The notes under the pieces are model-generated. The model saw only the letters and a program-made list of their open reading frames with translations, was not told where the DNA came from and made no database searches. Shown here piece after piece: positions 20,958 through 30,293 of a stretch of DNA of 64,000 nucleotides. Source of the stretch: an uncultured delta proteobacterium (GTDB lineage Bacteria > Desulfobacterota > Binatia > DP-6). The stretch is from assembly GCA_963815115.1 (NCBI GenBank), contig CAWFFN010000009.1:1472001-1536000 (forward strand), given 5' to 3'. The translations under genes were made by a program, and so were the position numbers. The stretch's first letter is position 1. Every line of letters begins with the position of its first letter.

Positions 20958-21152
20958 ATGGAAGAGGAAACTGGGACGGCGAACGGCTATCCCGGCGCGG
21001 AGCTGACCGGGGACGCAAGCCAGCGCCTCGCGGAGGCGCGCGAGGAAATCAATCATCGCGCACGGCGGTTCATTCAGGAGCGTCCGCTGGTGGCGGTCCT
21101 CGCCGCCGTGGCCGGAGGCTACCTGGTGGCGCGCCTCGCCAACCGACTGTGA
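20958..21152 (+). CDS. ElaB/YqjD (DUF883)-like tail-anchored protein
   Basis: GGAGG RBS. C-terminus FIQERPLVAVLAAVAGGYLVARL. Confidence 0.7.
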   Translation: MEEETGTANGYPGAELTGDASQRLAEAREEINHRARRFIQERPLVAVLAAVAGGYLVARLANRL

Positions 21153-21171
21153 GAAGGAGCGACTCCTGACG

Positions 21172-21501
21172 ATGAACAGGCAGCAGGAAGGCGGCCCGAG
21201 GATGACGGGACGGACGCAGGGGCAGGGCGCGGCGTCCAACAACGGGCTCGCCCCCAGATCGGCCGACATGTTCGCGGCCGTCGAGCAGCGAACTCAGGCA
21301 GTCGCCAACTACGTGCGCGAGAAGGCGCAGGACCAGCCTTTTCTCACCATAGCCACGGGCGCTGCTGCCGGCTACGTGCTCGGTGGGGGGCTCACCCTGC
21401 GACTGACACGCTTCGTGCTCACGAATGTGGGCCGTGCGGTAGCCGGCAACCTGGTCGCTGCGACAATACACGGCGCCAGGTCCTCCTGGAGGACCCCATG
21501 A
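21172..21501 (+). CDS. Second DUF883-like membrane-anchored protein
   Basis: AAGGAG RBS. YVREKAQDQPFLTIATGAAAGYVLGGGL. Confidence 0.65.
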   Translation: MNRQQEGGPRMTGRTQGQGAASNNGLAPRSADMFAAVEQRTQAVANYVREKAQDQPFLTIATGAAAGYVLGGGLTLRLTRFVLTNVGRAVAGNLVAATIHGARSSWRTP

Positions 21502-21794
21502 GTCTGAAGGAGCTGACGCAAAAGCTCGCCGCGACGCTACCGACTTCCGACAGTCTGTTGAAAGCGATCGGCCTGCAAGAGCAGCGGCCCGTCACCGAGG
21601 GGTCGGCCGCCATGCTCGGGGTGTTGGGCCTCGGCATTCTGGTCGGTGTCGGCATGGCGTTGCTCTTCGCGCCCCGGGCTGGCCGAGAGCTTCGCGAGAA
21701 CCTGGGACAGCGCATCGACGATGCGACTACCGCCCTGACGAGACGATTCGGCCGCCCGGGCGACCATACCTCCCGGGCGCAGTCGCACGAGTGA
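21498..21794 (+). CDS. YtxH-domain protein
   Basis: GILVGVGMALLFAPRAGRELR is the YtxH signature. ATGA coupling to the upstream gene. Confidence 0.8.
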   Translation: MSLKELTQKLAATLPTSDSLLKAIGLQEQRPVTEGSAAMLGVLGLGILVGVGMALLFAPRAGRELRENLGQRIDDATTALTRRFGRPGDHTSRAQSHE

Positions 21795-22420
21795 CCGCTA
21801 GTCGAGCGCCCGATCCAAGAGACCGTCGCCGATGCGGCCGTTCAAGCGACGCGGTGCCGAGCTCGCGCTGTCTCTCCACGATGTGTTCGACCCCTTCGCA
21901 CAGTCCGCCGTACTCGATTGCGCGCAAGGTGGGATGAGTATGGGCTCGCCGTGTGTGCGGCTGAACCAAGGATGGGCACAGAGCAGTCAGTCGTGTTCGT
22001 GAGCGGAGAGTCCCGAATCGTCGGCTAGCACGAAGCGCTTCGCCACGGCGCCGCCGCGCACGGCATGGCGGCTTGGCCGTCGCAAAGTCACGCGAGGAGC
22101 GCGTACAACTACGCGCGTAATTTCCGGAGCTTCCGGGCACGCTGTGGCGCCTGTATTCGGCTATGCAGTTTCGAAGGAGCAGGAACATGCAGCGGCGGAT
22201 GTGGCCGGTCTCTGCTGAGGACCCCAGGAGATCGGCGCGATGACCTGCGACGCATGCACGGAGCACGTCGATCTACACCGAGCAAGCTCCCCGTACACCG
22301 ATCCGTAGGCGAACACGTTGGAAAGCAAGAGGATGAGGCGTTGAAGAAGCTGATCGAGTCTCACGTTGAGGAGGAAGAGAGTCCCAATGGCGAAACCGTT
22401 CGCCTTCTGCCGGGAGACTG

Positions 22421-23056
22421 GTGCCCCGCTCGTCGTGGCCCATCCCGGGCTTTCGCGAACGCGGCGGTGGCAGGTTGAGGGGGCAGCCGGAAGTTCTTCT
22501 CGGTATCCTCCGTTCTGCGTATTCGACGACGCCGGATCCGCGCCTCGGGCCGGTGCTCGAGGACTTTCGCAAACGCTGGCTCGTCCTTGGCGGTCAGCGC
22601 TATCCGCAGCTCCGCGATGATCTGGAGGACGCGGTCCAGAGCGCGCTCCTGAAGCTCGTCTGCAGCGACAAGCTCGACACCCTGCGCGAGGCCGAGCGGC
22701 TCGAGGCGTGGGCCCGGAGCCTCTTCGTGCATACCGTGCTCGACCTGGCCCGCAAGGGGCGGCGGCACAACAGCCGCAGGACCTACGTCGGCACACCCGA
22801 GGACGACCCGGAGCACGCCCTGCGCGACACGTTGCCCGATTGGAGGCCGTCGCCCGAAGACCTGGCCTCCCACCGGGAGCGCCTCGCCATCGTGGCACGC
22901 ACGGTGTCACGACTGGAGGTCGCGCAGCTCAGGTTCGTCGAGGACCTCCCGGAAAAGGCGATTGCCACGCGCCAGGGCCTGACTCGCTTCGCTGTCGCTG
23001 GACAGCTGCAGCGCATGCGGAGGGCACTGCGGCAGGCGCTCGACGATTCGGAGTAG
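22421..23056 (+). CDS. ECF-type sigma-70 factor (start uncertain)
   Basis: Region 2-like DDLEDAVQSALLKL...EAWARSLFVHTVLDLARK. Region 4-like RFVEDLPEKAIATRQGLT. Confidence 0.7.
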   Translation: MPRSSWPIPGFRERGGGRLRGQPEVLLGILRSAYSTTPDPRLGPVLEDFRKRWLVLGGQRYPQLRDDLEDAVQSALLKLVCSDKLDTLREAERLEAWARSLFVHTVLDLARKGRRHNSRRTYVGTPEDDPEHALRDTLPDWRPSPEDLASHRERLAIVARTVSRLEVAQLRFVEDLPEKAIATRQGLTRFAVAGQLQRMRRALRQALDDSE

Positions 23057-23318
23057 GACGAGGGTGATCGTGATAGCAGCGGGTGGGAAGTCTGGAGCTA
23101 CCCTGACGCCGGCCGTCGGCGCCGAAAGCGCAGCGAGCCCGTGCCGAAATGGCGTGGCCGCTGCGATCAGCGTGCGGGGGTGTCTCTGCTGGATCGGAGA
23201 GCCCTGCCGTAGCCGACAGCGTGGGGCTTCTCCCACGCTGTCGGCGAGGCCGCTCGGGGTGGGGGTGGGGTGCGGTTCGCTGTTGACAGCAGCCTGAGCC
23301 CGACTGCGAGGCGCAGCA

Positions 23319-23519
23319 TCAGCGTAGAGCCAACGTCCGCGCGAGCCACCTCGAGATGATGAGGGTGCCGCGATCGCCGGCCTTGGTGAGATCGGTCCCA
23401 TAGCGGATCTCGGTGAGCGGGACCCAGACCTTCTTGCGCTCGACCAAGCAGAGGAATGCCGTGCCGACATCGCGAATGACGTCGACACTTCGAAAGATCG
23501 CCCTCGCGTGACCTGACAT
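23319..23519 (-). CDS. Small hypothetical protein, paralogue of 39836..40147
   Basis: GGAGG RBS. VIRxxxxAxLC...VWxP...I...GDRGxLxIxRWxAR is shared with 39836..40147. Confidence 0.7.
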   Translation of the reverse strand: MSGHARAIFRSVDVIRDVGTAFLCLVERKKVWVPLTEIRYGTDLTKAGDRGTLIISRWLARTLALR

Positions 23520-23592
23520 GACGCCTCCCGCGCTGTTCGCTACATCCGTGCCGCCGAGCCGTATAGCGCGTGGGCGGCGACCCGAGGAAGCC

Positions 23593-23632
23593 CGGGATAC
23601 TACGTACGCCTAGCTACGTACGTAGTATCCCG
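23593..23632. repeat. Perfect 16-bp inverted repeat CGGGATACTACGTACG-N8-CGTACGTAGTATCCCG
   Basis: Arms at 23593-23608 and 23617-23632, at the right edge of the island and upstream of the 23519 gene. Confidence 0.85.
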
Positions 23633-23750
23633 CGGCGTGGATCACGCCAGCGTGCGCGGCTGCGTCCGTCGTGACGGGGTCGCGAGCTCGACCACGCAGT
23701 CGTTCTGCGGACTCGCGGACGGCAGCGCCTTGGCCGGCTTCTCGATCACA

Positions 23751-25574
23751 TCAATCGGGCCAGGGGAACTCGTCGAACGGATAGTCCGCGCAGCCTCGTG
23801 CCCCGGCGCTGGCGTACTGCTCGCGGGTGAATCCGCGCGACCACGTCGCGAGGGAGCGGAAGACGCGGCACTTGTCGCGCTGGGTCGGCAAGCGCGGATC
23901 GGCGTCGATGGCCGCGATCACCGACTCGCGAGTGACGCCGTCCGACGACAGCCGCGAGCCGCCGCCGGCCGGCGTGTCGAGGACCAGGTAGCGCGCGCCG
24001 TCCCGCCACGGCAGCCACGCGGGATCGGCGCCGTCGCGCCCCCGACCGGGATCGCCGGTCCGGGCGAACGCTGCCCAGTAGCCCATCATCTGGGCGGAGA
24101 GCGCTTCCCGTCCGGCCTTGTTGTCGTCCGTGAAGAGGCGATTGATGTCACGGCCGAGGTCGAAGTGTCCGAAGACGAAGGGCACGTCGAAGAAGTGCGC
24201 GGCGCCGATCATCCGCGAGAAATCGGACCCCAGGAGGGTGGGCTCCTCGTCCCAGTCGAAGCGATAGACGAAGACGGGCTCGCGCTGCGACGTGCTGAGC
24301 GCCTGCGCAGGCTCGTCCGCACCCGTCGCCTTCCACCATCGCGCGTGGTAGTCGGCGAAGATCTCGTACGCGGCGGGATCGCGCAATCGCGGCACGAGGC
24401 CGAACCACCACCGGACCAGGGCCGGATCGCCGAACATGAAGAGCTTGTTCTCGTCGCGCGTCGTGCCGAGCATCACCGGCACGTGCTGGTGAGACTCTCC
24501 GCGGCGGAGCGCCGCGAGGCCGTCGCCAGCCGGTAGCACGACCCCGTCGGCGAACACCTGGGGCAAGTCGATCATCTCCGAGTTGTAGTCGGGCGGGAAC
24601 GCGCGCAGCACGTCGATCGCCGGCCGCGCCCGCAGGTAGCGTGCGACCTCCTCGGGGGACATCGCCGCCAGCCGCGCCTTGGCCGCGGCCCGGTCGCTCG
24701 CCGTGCCATCGGCCATCAGCATGTGGACGAGCGCCTCGCCCGACGCGTGCGGCTCGCTCGGCACGGGGTCGTCGACGAAGCCCTCGGCGGTCGCCGGCGC
24801 GTCGAGCTCGACGCCGCCGCTCTGGACGATGGCGCGGTGGAAGAGCCCGCGTGCCGGGCGGGCGACGAGGAGCGCCACCACGTCGCGGCCGCCCGCCGAC
24901 TCGCCGAACACCGTGACGTTGCCCGGATCGCCGCCGAAGACGGCGATGTCGTCGCGCACCCATTCGAGGGCGCGGATCTGGTCGAGGGTCCCGAAGTTGC
25001 CCGAGCGGTCGAGGTCGGTGGCGCCGTCGCCGCGCAGCGCCGCGTGCCGCAGCCAGCCGAAGGGGCCCAGCCGGTAGTTGATCGTCACGACGACGACGTT
25101 CTCGCGCTCCGCGAGGTTGCCCCCGTCGTAGGTGCCTGCGTGCCCGACGGAGTTGCCGCCGCCGTGGATCCAGACCATCACGGGAAGCCGGCTGGCCGGC
25201 GTCGCCGCGCGCGGCGCGTAGACGTTCAGGAAGAGGCAATCCTCGCTGCCGGCCGGCTCGAGACGCCTGACGTCGGTGATCCCTCCGAGCGGCCCGGCGT
25301 ACTGCACGCAGGGGGACCCGGCGGCCAGCGCCTCGCGGACGCCGTCCCAGCGCGGCGGCGGCCCGGGCGCGCGCCAGCGCAACGCGCCGACCGGCGGCGC
25401 CGCGTACGGGATGCCGAGCCAGGTCGCGTTGCCGTAGCGACCGACGAAGCCGACGACCTCACCACTGGTGGTCGTGCGACGGAGCGACTGGTCGGGTGTC
25501 GGGCGCTCGGTGGCACGCGATCCACACGCGGCGAGGAGCGCCAGCGACACGAGGACGGCGGCGAGCGAGCGCAT
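23751..25574 (-). CDS. Carboxylesterase type B lipoprotein (para-nitrobenzyl esterase family)
   Basis: Lipobox LAAC. GIPYAAPP, SEDCLFLNVY, WIHGGG, FGESAGG (Ser), GTTRDE, AAHFFD. Confidence 0.9.
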   Translation of the reverse strand: MRSLAAVLVSLALLAACGSRATERPTPDQSLRRTTTSGEVVGFVGRYGNATWLGIPYAAPPVGALRWRAPGPPPRWDGVREALAAGSPCVQYAGPLGGITDVRRLEPAGSEDCLFLNVYAPRAATPASRLPVMVWIHGGGNSVGHAGTYDGGNLAERENVVVVTINYRLGPFGWLRHAALRGDGATDLDRSGNFGTLDQIRALEWVRDDIAVFGGDPGNVTVFGESAGGRDVVALLVARPARGLFHRAIVQSGGVELDAPATAEGFVDDPVPSEPHASGEALVHMLMADGTASDRAAAKARLAAMSPEEVARYLRARPAIDVLRAFPPDYNSEMIDLPQVFADGVVLPAGDGLAALRRGESHQHVPVMLGTTRDENKLFMFGDPALVRWWFGLVPRLRDPAAYEIFADYHARWWKATGADEPAQALSTSQREPVFVYRFDWDEEPTLLGSDFSRMIGAAHFFDVPFVFGHFDLGRDINRLFTDDNKAGREALSAQMMGYWAAFARTGDPGRGRDGADPAWLPWRDGARYLVLDTPAGGGSRLSSDGVTRESVIAAIDADPRLPTQRDKCRVFRSLATWSRGFTREQYASAGARGCADYPFDEFPWPD

Positions 25575-25597
25575 GCGACGGGATGGCGTGCGGCGGC

Positions 25598-28500
25598 CTA
25601 GCTGCCGCCCACCCCCGCGACCGCCGTTGCCTCCGGCTCGCCTGCCGGCGGCTCCGTCTCCGCGGTTTCCTTGCCGCCCCCACGCAGGTGCTCGACGACG
25701 TAGAACGAGACCGGGATGATGAAGATTGCGATGAAGGTGGCGGCGAGCATGCCGCCCATCACCCCCGTGCCGAGGATCCGGCGCGAGACGGCGCCGGCTC
25801 CCTGGGCGGTCACCAGCGGCACCACGCCGAGGATGAACGCGAACGCGGTCATCAAGATGGGGCGCAAGCGCAGCCGCGCCGCGCTCAGCGCGGCGTCGAC
25901 GACCGACTTTCCCTTGTCGTACTCGTCCTTGGCGAACTCGACGATCAGGATGGCGTTCTTGGCGGCGAGGCCGATCAGCATCACCAGGCCGATCTGCGCG
26001 AAGACGTCGTTGTCGAGCCGTCGCAGCCAGAGCGCCGCGAAGGCGCCGAAGACGGCGATCGGCGTACCGAGCAGCACGCTGAAGGGGAGCGACCAGCTCT
26101 CGTACTGCGCCGCCAGGATCAGGAACACGGCGAGCAACGAGAGCCCGAACACCACGGAAGACGGGACGCCCTGCGAAGCCACCTTCTCCTGGTACGACAT
26201 GCCGAAGTAGTCGAATCCCATCTCGGACGGCATCGTCTGGTGGAACACCTCCTCGAGGGCCGCCATGCCCTGGCCGGTGCTGTATCCGGGCTTCATGCTG
26301 ACGTTCAGGAAGACGCTCCGGTACTCGTTGTAGCGCACCGTGAACTCGGGACCGTAGGTCGGCTCCATGTCGACGAGCGAGGACAGGGGCACCGGATCGC
26401 CCTTCTGGTTGCGCACGTAGAACAGACCGATGTCCGACGCCTGCGTCCGGTAGTCCCCTTCCGCCTGTACGTACACCTGCCAGGTACGTCCGAAGCGATT
26501 GAAGTAGTTCACGAAGGCGCCACCCATGAACGCCTGGAGGGTCTTGTAGACCGTGGTCAGATCGACGCCCTGCTTGAGCACCTTGTCGCGGTTCACCCGG
26601 GCGAAGTACTGCGGCGTCGCGGCGATGAAGGGGGTGAAGACCGATGCGAACTCGGGGCGCTGGCGAACCGCGGCGATGAACTTGTTGCTCTGCTCGGCGA
26701 GGAACGGCACGTCGGCGCCGCTGCGGTCGGAGAGGACGAAGCTGATGCCGCCCGCGGTTCCCACGCCCGGGATCGCGGGGGGCGAGAACGAGATGGCGAT
26801 GGCCTCCGGTAGCTCGCGAAGCCGGCCGTTCAGCCGTTGCATGATGACGTCCGCCGTGAGGCCCTCGGGCGTGCGCTCGTGCCACGGCTCGAGCGTGACG
26901 AAGTAGAAGGTGCTGTAGGTCGTGTAGACCAGGCTCAGCAGGCTGAAACCGACCACCGTGTTGAAGCTCTTCACTCCCGGGGTTTCTTTCAGGATGCCCT
27001 CGATCTGCTTCGCGACCACGTCGGTGCGCTGCATCGACGCCGCCTCGGGGAGCTGCACGTTCATGTAGAAGTAGCCCTGGTCCTCCTCGGGCACGAAGCT
27101 GGTCGGCAGCCGCGAGCCGAAGAACCCCGCCAGCGCGGCGATGACCGCGAGCAGCACCATCGACAATCCGGCCTTGCGGATCAGGTGGTGACACCAGGCG
27201 ACGTAGCCGTCGGTCGCGCGTCCGAACACGCGGTTGAACCAGCGATAGAACGCGCCGAGCGGTCCGCGGGTCTCCGACTTGGGCTTCAGCAGGAGGGCGG
27301 AGAGCGCCGGGCTCAGCGTGAGGGCGTTGAAGGCCGAGATCACGACCGACACCGCGATGGTGACCGCAAATTGCTGGTAGAGGCGCCCCGTGATGCCGGG
27401 GATGAAGGCGGTCGGGACGAAGACGGCGGCCAGGATGATCGCGATCGCGATGACCGGCGACGAGACCTGCTCCATCGCCTTGAAGGCCGCGTCCTTCGGC
27501 GACAGCCCTTCCTCGATGTGGTGCTCCACCGCCTCGACGACGACGATGGCGTCGTCGACCACCAGCCCGATCGCGAGCACCAGGCCGAAGAGCGACAGCG
27601 TGTTGATGGAGAAGCCGAGCAGCGGGAAGACGGCGAAGGTGCCGACCAGCGACACCGGCACGGCGAGCAGCGGGATCAGGGTGGCGCGCCAGCCCTGCAG
27701 GAAGACGAAGACGACGATGATGACGAGGACCAGGGCCTCGAAGAGGGTCTTGACGATCTCCTGGATGCCCTCGCTCACCGCCAGGGTGGTGTCGAGCGAG
27801 GTGACGTACTCGACGTCGGACGGAAAGCGCCGCTTGGCCGCTTCCATGAGCGCCTTGGCGCGCTTCACGGTGTCGATCGCGTTCGACCCCGGCGACTGGT
27901 AGATGGCGATGACGGCCGCCTCGTCGCCGTTGTAGCGCCCCTTGCGGTAGTAGTACTGGGCGCCGAGCTCGATCCGTCCGACGTCCGACATGCGCACGAT
28001 CGAGCCGTCCGGGTTGGCGCGCACGACGATGGCGGCGAACTCCTCCGGCGTGACGAGCCGCCCCTGCGCCCGGACCGTGTAGGTGAACTCCTGCCCCGGC
28101 GGAGCGGGCTCCGCCCCGATCTGCCCCGCCGGGTTCACGGTGTTCTGCTTGTCGATCGCAGCCAGGATCTCGGAGATCGTGATGTTCAGCTTGGAGAGGG
28201 TGTCGGGCCTTACCCAGAAGCGGAGCGCGTACTGACCGGCGCCGAAGATCGTCACCTGCCCGACGCCCGGCACACGCGTCATCGGATCGTTCAGGTTGAT
28301 GTAGGCGTAGTTCGAGAGCCACTGGGAGTCGTAGGTGTGTTTCGGGGAGAAGACGGAGAAGAGCGCCAGCGGGCTCGTCGTGCTCTGCAGGATGGTGACG
28401 CCCTGCGCCCGCACGTCCTGGGGCAGCTGCGACTCCGCCTGCGAGTAGCGCATGTACGACAGGACCTGGTCGATGTATGCATCCGACGTGACGTCGAAGT

Positions 28501-28777
28501 CGATGCGCAGCGTGCAGGAGCCGTTGCTGGCGTTCGTCGAGTACATGTAGATCATCCCCGGCACGCCGCTCATCTGCTGCTCGATGGGCGCGGACACCGC
28601 CTGCTCGCAGGTGAGCGCGTCGGCGCCGGGGTAGGTGGCGGAGAGCTGGATCTCGGGCGGTGCGATGTTGGGGTAGAGCGAGATCGGCAGGGACAGCATC
28701 GAGACGATGCCGATCAGCGTCATGAGGATCGCGATCACCATGGCGACGATCGGCCGGTTGATGAAGAAGCGGGACAT
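25598..28777 (-). CDS. RND efflux permease (HAE1/AcrB family)
   Basis: MSRFFINRPIVA, GLVVDDAIVVVE, AKNAILIVEFA, RLRPILMT. Confidence 0.95.
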   Translation of the reverse strand: MSRFFINRPIVAMVIAILMTLIGIVSMLSLPISLYPNIAPPEIQLSATYPGADALTCEQAVSAPIEQQMSGVPGMIYMYSTNASNGSCTLRIDFDVTSDAYIDQVLSYMRYSQAESQLPQDVRAQGVTILQSTTSPLALFSVFSPKHTYDSQWLSNYAYINLNDPMTRVPGVGQVTIFGAGQYALRFWVRPDTLSKLNITISEILAAIDKQNTVNPAGQIGAEPAPPGQEFTYTVRAQGRLVTPEEFAAIVVRANPDGSIVRMSDVGRIELGAQYYYRKGRYNGDEAAVIAIYQSPGSNAIDTVKRAKALMEAAKRRFPSDVEYVTSLDTTLAVSEGIQEIVKTLFEALVLVIIVVFVFLQGWRATLIPLLAVPVSLVGTFAVFPLLGFSINTLSLFGLVLAIGLVVDDAIVVVEAVEHHIEEGLSPKDAAFKAMEQVSSPVIAIAIILAAVFVPTAFIPGITGRLYQQFAVTIAVSVVISAFNALTLSPALSALLLKPKSETRGPLGAFYRWFNRVFGRATDGYVAWCHHLIRKAGLSMVLLAVIAALAGFFGSRLPTSFVPEEDQGYFYMNVQLPEAASMQRTDVVAKQIEGILKETPGVKSFNTVVGFSLLSLVYTTYSTFYFVTLEPWHERTPEGLTADVIMQRLNGRLRELPEAIAISFSPPAIPGVGTAGGISFVLSDRSGADVPFLAEQSNKFIAAVRQRPEFASVFTPFIAATPQYFARVNRDKVLKQGVDLTTVYKTLQAFMGGAFVNYFNRFGRTWQVYVQAEGDYRTQASDIGLFYVRNQKGDPVPLSSLVDMEPTYGPEFTVRYNEYRSVFLNVSMKPGYSTGQGMAALEEVFHQTMPSEMGFDYFGMSYQEKVASQGVPSSVVFGLSLLAVFLILAAQYESWSLPFSVLLGTPIAVFGAFAALWLRRLDNDVFAQIGLVMLIGLAAKNAILIVEFAKDEYDKGKSVVDAALSAARLRLRPILMTAFAFILGVVPLVTAQGAGAVSRRILGTGVMGGMLAATFIAIFIIPVSFYVVEHLRGGGKETAETEPPAGEPEATAVAGVGGS

Positions 28778-28794
28778 GGGATCGCGGTTCCGCG

Positions 28795-30021
28795 CTATCC
28801 GGACGTCGGCGCGGCCGGCGCGGCCGGCTTGCCGGCGGCGTCTTCGACGTAGGGTTTCGCCTGCACCTTCACCCCGTCGCGCACTTTCTGGAGGCCCTCC
28901 ACGATCACCCGCTCGCCGGCCTTGACGCCGTCGGTGATCACCCAGAGCGCCTCGTATCGCGGCCCCACCTTGACGCCACGGATCTGGACGGTGTCGTCTG
29001 GCTTCACGACGGCGAGCTGGTAGCTCCCCTGCACCTCCTGCACCGCTCGCTGGGGAACCACGAGGGCGCCCGTGAGGGTCTCGGTCACCGCCCTGATGCG
29101 GGCGAACTGTCCCGGCCGGAGCAGGTTGTCGGGGTTGTCGAACAGGGACTCGACCTGGATGGCGCCGGTCTGGGTCTCGACCTGCCGGTTCACGGCCGAT
29201 GGCTTGCCCTGCCGCGGATAGACGTCGCCGTTGGCGAGGATCAGCTCGAGCACGGGCGCGGTGCTGGCGTCGCCGGTCCGGCGGAAGCGCTCGATGCCGT
29301 CGGCGAACTTCAGGTACTCCTGCTCGCTGATCGGGAAGTAGACCTTGATCGGGTTCACCTGCGACACCGTGGTCATGACCGTCGCCGGCGAGATCAGATC
29401 GCCGATCTGGGCCTGGGTGATCCCGGCGACTCCCTCCACGGGCGAGTTGATCGTCGTCCACTCGAGGTTCAGCCTGGCGGCGGCCACCGCGCCCTTCGCG
29501 GCTTCCACGGCTGCCTCGTTGGCGCGCACCTCCTGGACGGTGTCGTCGTACTCGCGCCGGCTGACGGCGCCGACCGCCACCAGCGGCTGGTACTTGGCCT
29601 CGTTCAGCTGACTTCTCGCCAGGTTGGCCTTCGCCTGCGCCAGGTCGCCCAGGGCCTTGTCGAGGTCGGCCTGATACTGGCGCGGGTCGAGCTTGTAGAG
29701 GAGCTGACCCGCCTTGACCGTGGACCCCTCGCGATAGCCCTTGGTGAGCAGGTAGCCCTGCACCTTGGCCCGGATCTGCGCGTTGATGTAGCCGTCGGTG
29801 GTCCCGACCCACTCGGAGTGGACGGGAACGTCCTGCTTGCCGACCTCGATGACCCGGACGTCGACCGCCGGCGGCGCGGGCGGAGCCGCCTTGGTGCATC
29901 CCGAGGACCCGAGCGCACAGGCGAGCGCGAGCGCAGCGGCCAGCCCCGAGCTCTGGGGTCGACGCGTTCGCGGCCGGCGCCTCCCTGCTGCCAGCCCAGC
30001 CCGAAGGCGCCTTCCCGCCAT
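28795..30021 (-). CDS. RND periplasmic adaptor (MFP) lipoprotein
   Basis: Lipobox SSGC. IRAKVQG, EGSTVKAGQLL, INSPVEG, LRPGQF, VPQRAV. Confidence 0.92.
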   Translation of the reverse strand: MAGRRLRAGLAAGRRRPRTRRPQSSGLAAALALACALGSSGCTKAAPPAPPAVDVRVIEVGKQDVPVHSEWVGTTDGYINAQIRAKVQGYLLTKGYREGSTVKAGQLLYKLDPRQYQADLDKALGDLAQAKANLARSQLNEAKYQPLVAVGAVSRREYDDTVQEVRANEAAVEAAKGAVAAARLNLEWTTINSPVEGVAGITQAQIGDLISPATVMTTVSQVNPIKVYFPISEQEYLKFADGIERFRRTGDASTAPVLELILANGDVYPRQGKPSAVNRQVETQTGAIQVESLFDNPDNLLRPGQFARIRAVTETLTGALVVPQRAVQEVQGSYQLAVVKPDDTVQIRGVKVGPRYEALWVITDGVKAGERVIVEGLQKVRDGVKVQAKPYVEDAAGKPAAPAAPTSG

Positions 30022-30293
30022 CTGCTGAATCTAGCAGCAAAAGCTCGCCGCGGACAAATTCAGGACGCTCGTCCGATGGGCTGGGTCGCAGCCGACTCCT
30101 CATCGTCGGCTCGAGGGCGCCGGCGCTACGTGTCTGCAACGAAGGCAACCTCTGACGTTCCCATTCCCGCCCGTCTCCCCCCAAGATCGATTTTTCGCTT
30201 GACACTTTACCATCGTTTGTCGGAGTCAAACTGGACACGGATACGGGGGCAGGCCGTCCAACCGCTCCGCGAGGAGCGACCATCGGAGGGGAC

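Noticed and set aside
21800-22420. Several short ORFs upstream of the sigma factor
   Set aside because: Conflicting frames and no recognisable motif. Probably degraded or regulatory DNA.
13560-23632. Island as a prophage, ICE or transposon
   Set aside because: No integrase, transposase, tRNA or flanking direct repeat was recognised. The holin-like gene fits the YqjE stress family.
30199-30229. TTGAC...GTCAA as an FNR/CRP-type site
   Set aside because: The spacer is 21 nt rather than 4. TTGACA is more simply a -35 box.
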